A stretch of DNA of 64,000 nucleotides. It comes from Lama guanicoe. Taxonomy: Eukaryota. The notes beneath the pieces were generated by a model. That model saw only the letters and a list, made by a program, of their open reading frames with translations, was not told where the DNA came from and did not search any database. Positions 63,241-64,000 of the stretch are shown piece by piece; within the stretch, counting starts at the first letter, position 1; every line of letters starts with the position of its first letter. Where the stretch lies: the NCBI GenBank assembly GCA_013239625.1, contig MU053933.1, positions 124,001-188,000 on the forward strand, written 5' to 3'. Made by a program: the position numbers and the translations under genes.

Positions 63241-64000
63241 TTCCAGAGATGAATGAATGAGTAACAGGTGTCTGGAAGCCCTGTGTGCATGGGTGGGGCT
63301 TATCAGTGAGCAGATGGCTCTGCGGGATGATGGTGGAGGTGACCCTCACCTGCCAGGGCTGTAGATCGCTTCCTGCCTGGAGGTGCTGGGTGCCGGAGGG
63401 GCCGGGAAGGCACAGTTCTCCCTGAGAGTATGGAAAATCAACCTCATTTCCTGGCATTGAATTCCTTCCCCCCACCCCCAGATAGGCCTGGAGGCACCGG
63501 ATCCAGGCACATCTGGTTCAAATGTGTCCCACCTTGTCCCACCTCTGATGCAGAGGGGGCAGGGCGGGGAGAGGTCCGGGTCTAAGGGCTCCTGGTATGT
63601 TGAGCAGTCCTCGTGTCTGTCCATGCCCTTCAGAGTCTGCTGCCTTCACCCCTGCAGACTGATATTTTTAGTGTCAGATTCAACGCATTCGGTGGGCTTT
63701 GTTCCCAGAGGCACAAGGAGAGGCAGAGAGGCAGCAAGACGCCTGCTCTCCGGGAGCTGGCTGGCTGGTCAGCAGGGCTCTCACTGCTCGGGCCTCTCCC
63801 CACAGCCGCCCAGGAAAGACCAAGGGAGAAGGGGGTCCTGGGGCCACACAGGAGGCAGTGGCTGCCCCAGAGAGCAGCCTTCTCCCAAGTGGGGCCGCCT
63901 CCCCACCGGCTCCACTCCCCGTCCCTGCCAGGTGCCACTTCACCTGGGGCTGGTTTTTCCAGCGGCCCAGCCGGCCCGGGCAGTGACTCAGGAAGGAAGG

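Overview
This is mammalian genomic DNA, most likely from a camelid (alpaca, llama or camel). The basis is several tRNA-Ala(AGC)-derived vic-1-type SINEs and artiodactyl-type L1 3' tails. I found no recognisable protein-coding gene; the ORF track is explained by GC-rich chance ORFs, simple repeats and transposon remnants. The window looks like a gene-poor regulatory or intergenic (or long-intron) region. It has a promoter-like CpG island at about 2.85-3.95 kb, a second CpG-rich patch at about 10.5-11.3 kb, many AP-1 sites, and dense interspersed repeats (L1, L2, MIR, MaLR/ERV LTRs, hAT MITEs). The most substantial hidden structure is a fossil, near-full-length hAT (Blackjack-like) transposase gene on the + strand at about 21.25-26.75 kb. 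It is absent from the ORF track and is split by nested L1, SINE and LTR insertions. Other points of note are a locally templated 44-nt SINE copy, a 5'-inverted and possibly chimeric L1, candidate minus-strand 5' exons (one encoding an MGxxxS myristoylation-type start), and an RFX X-box. I could not support a genuinely new biological system from sequence alone. Repeat family names come from my recollection of consensus sequences and need RepeatMasker/Dfam confirmation; repeat boundaries are approximate.
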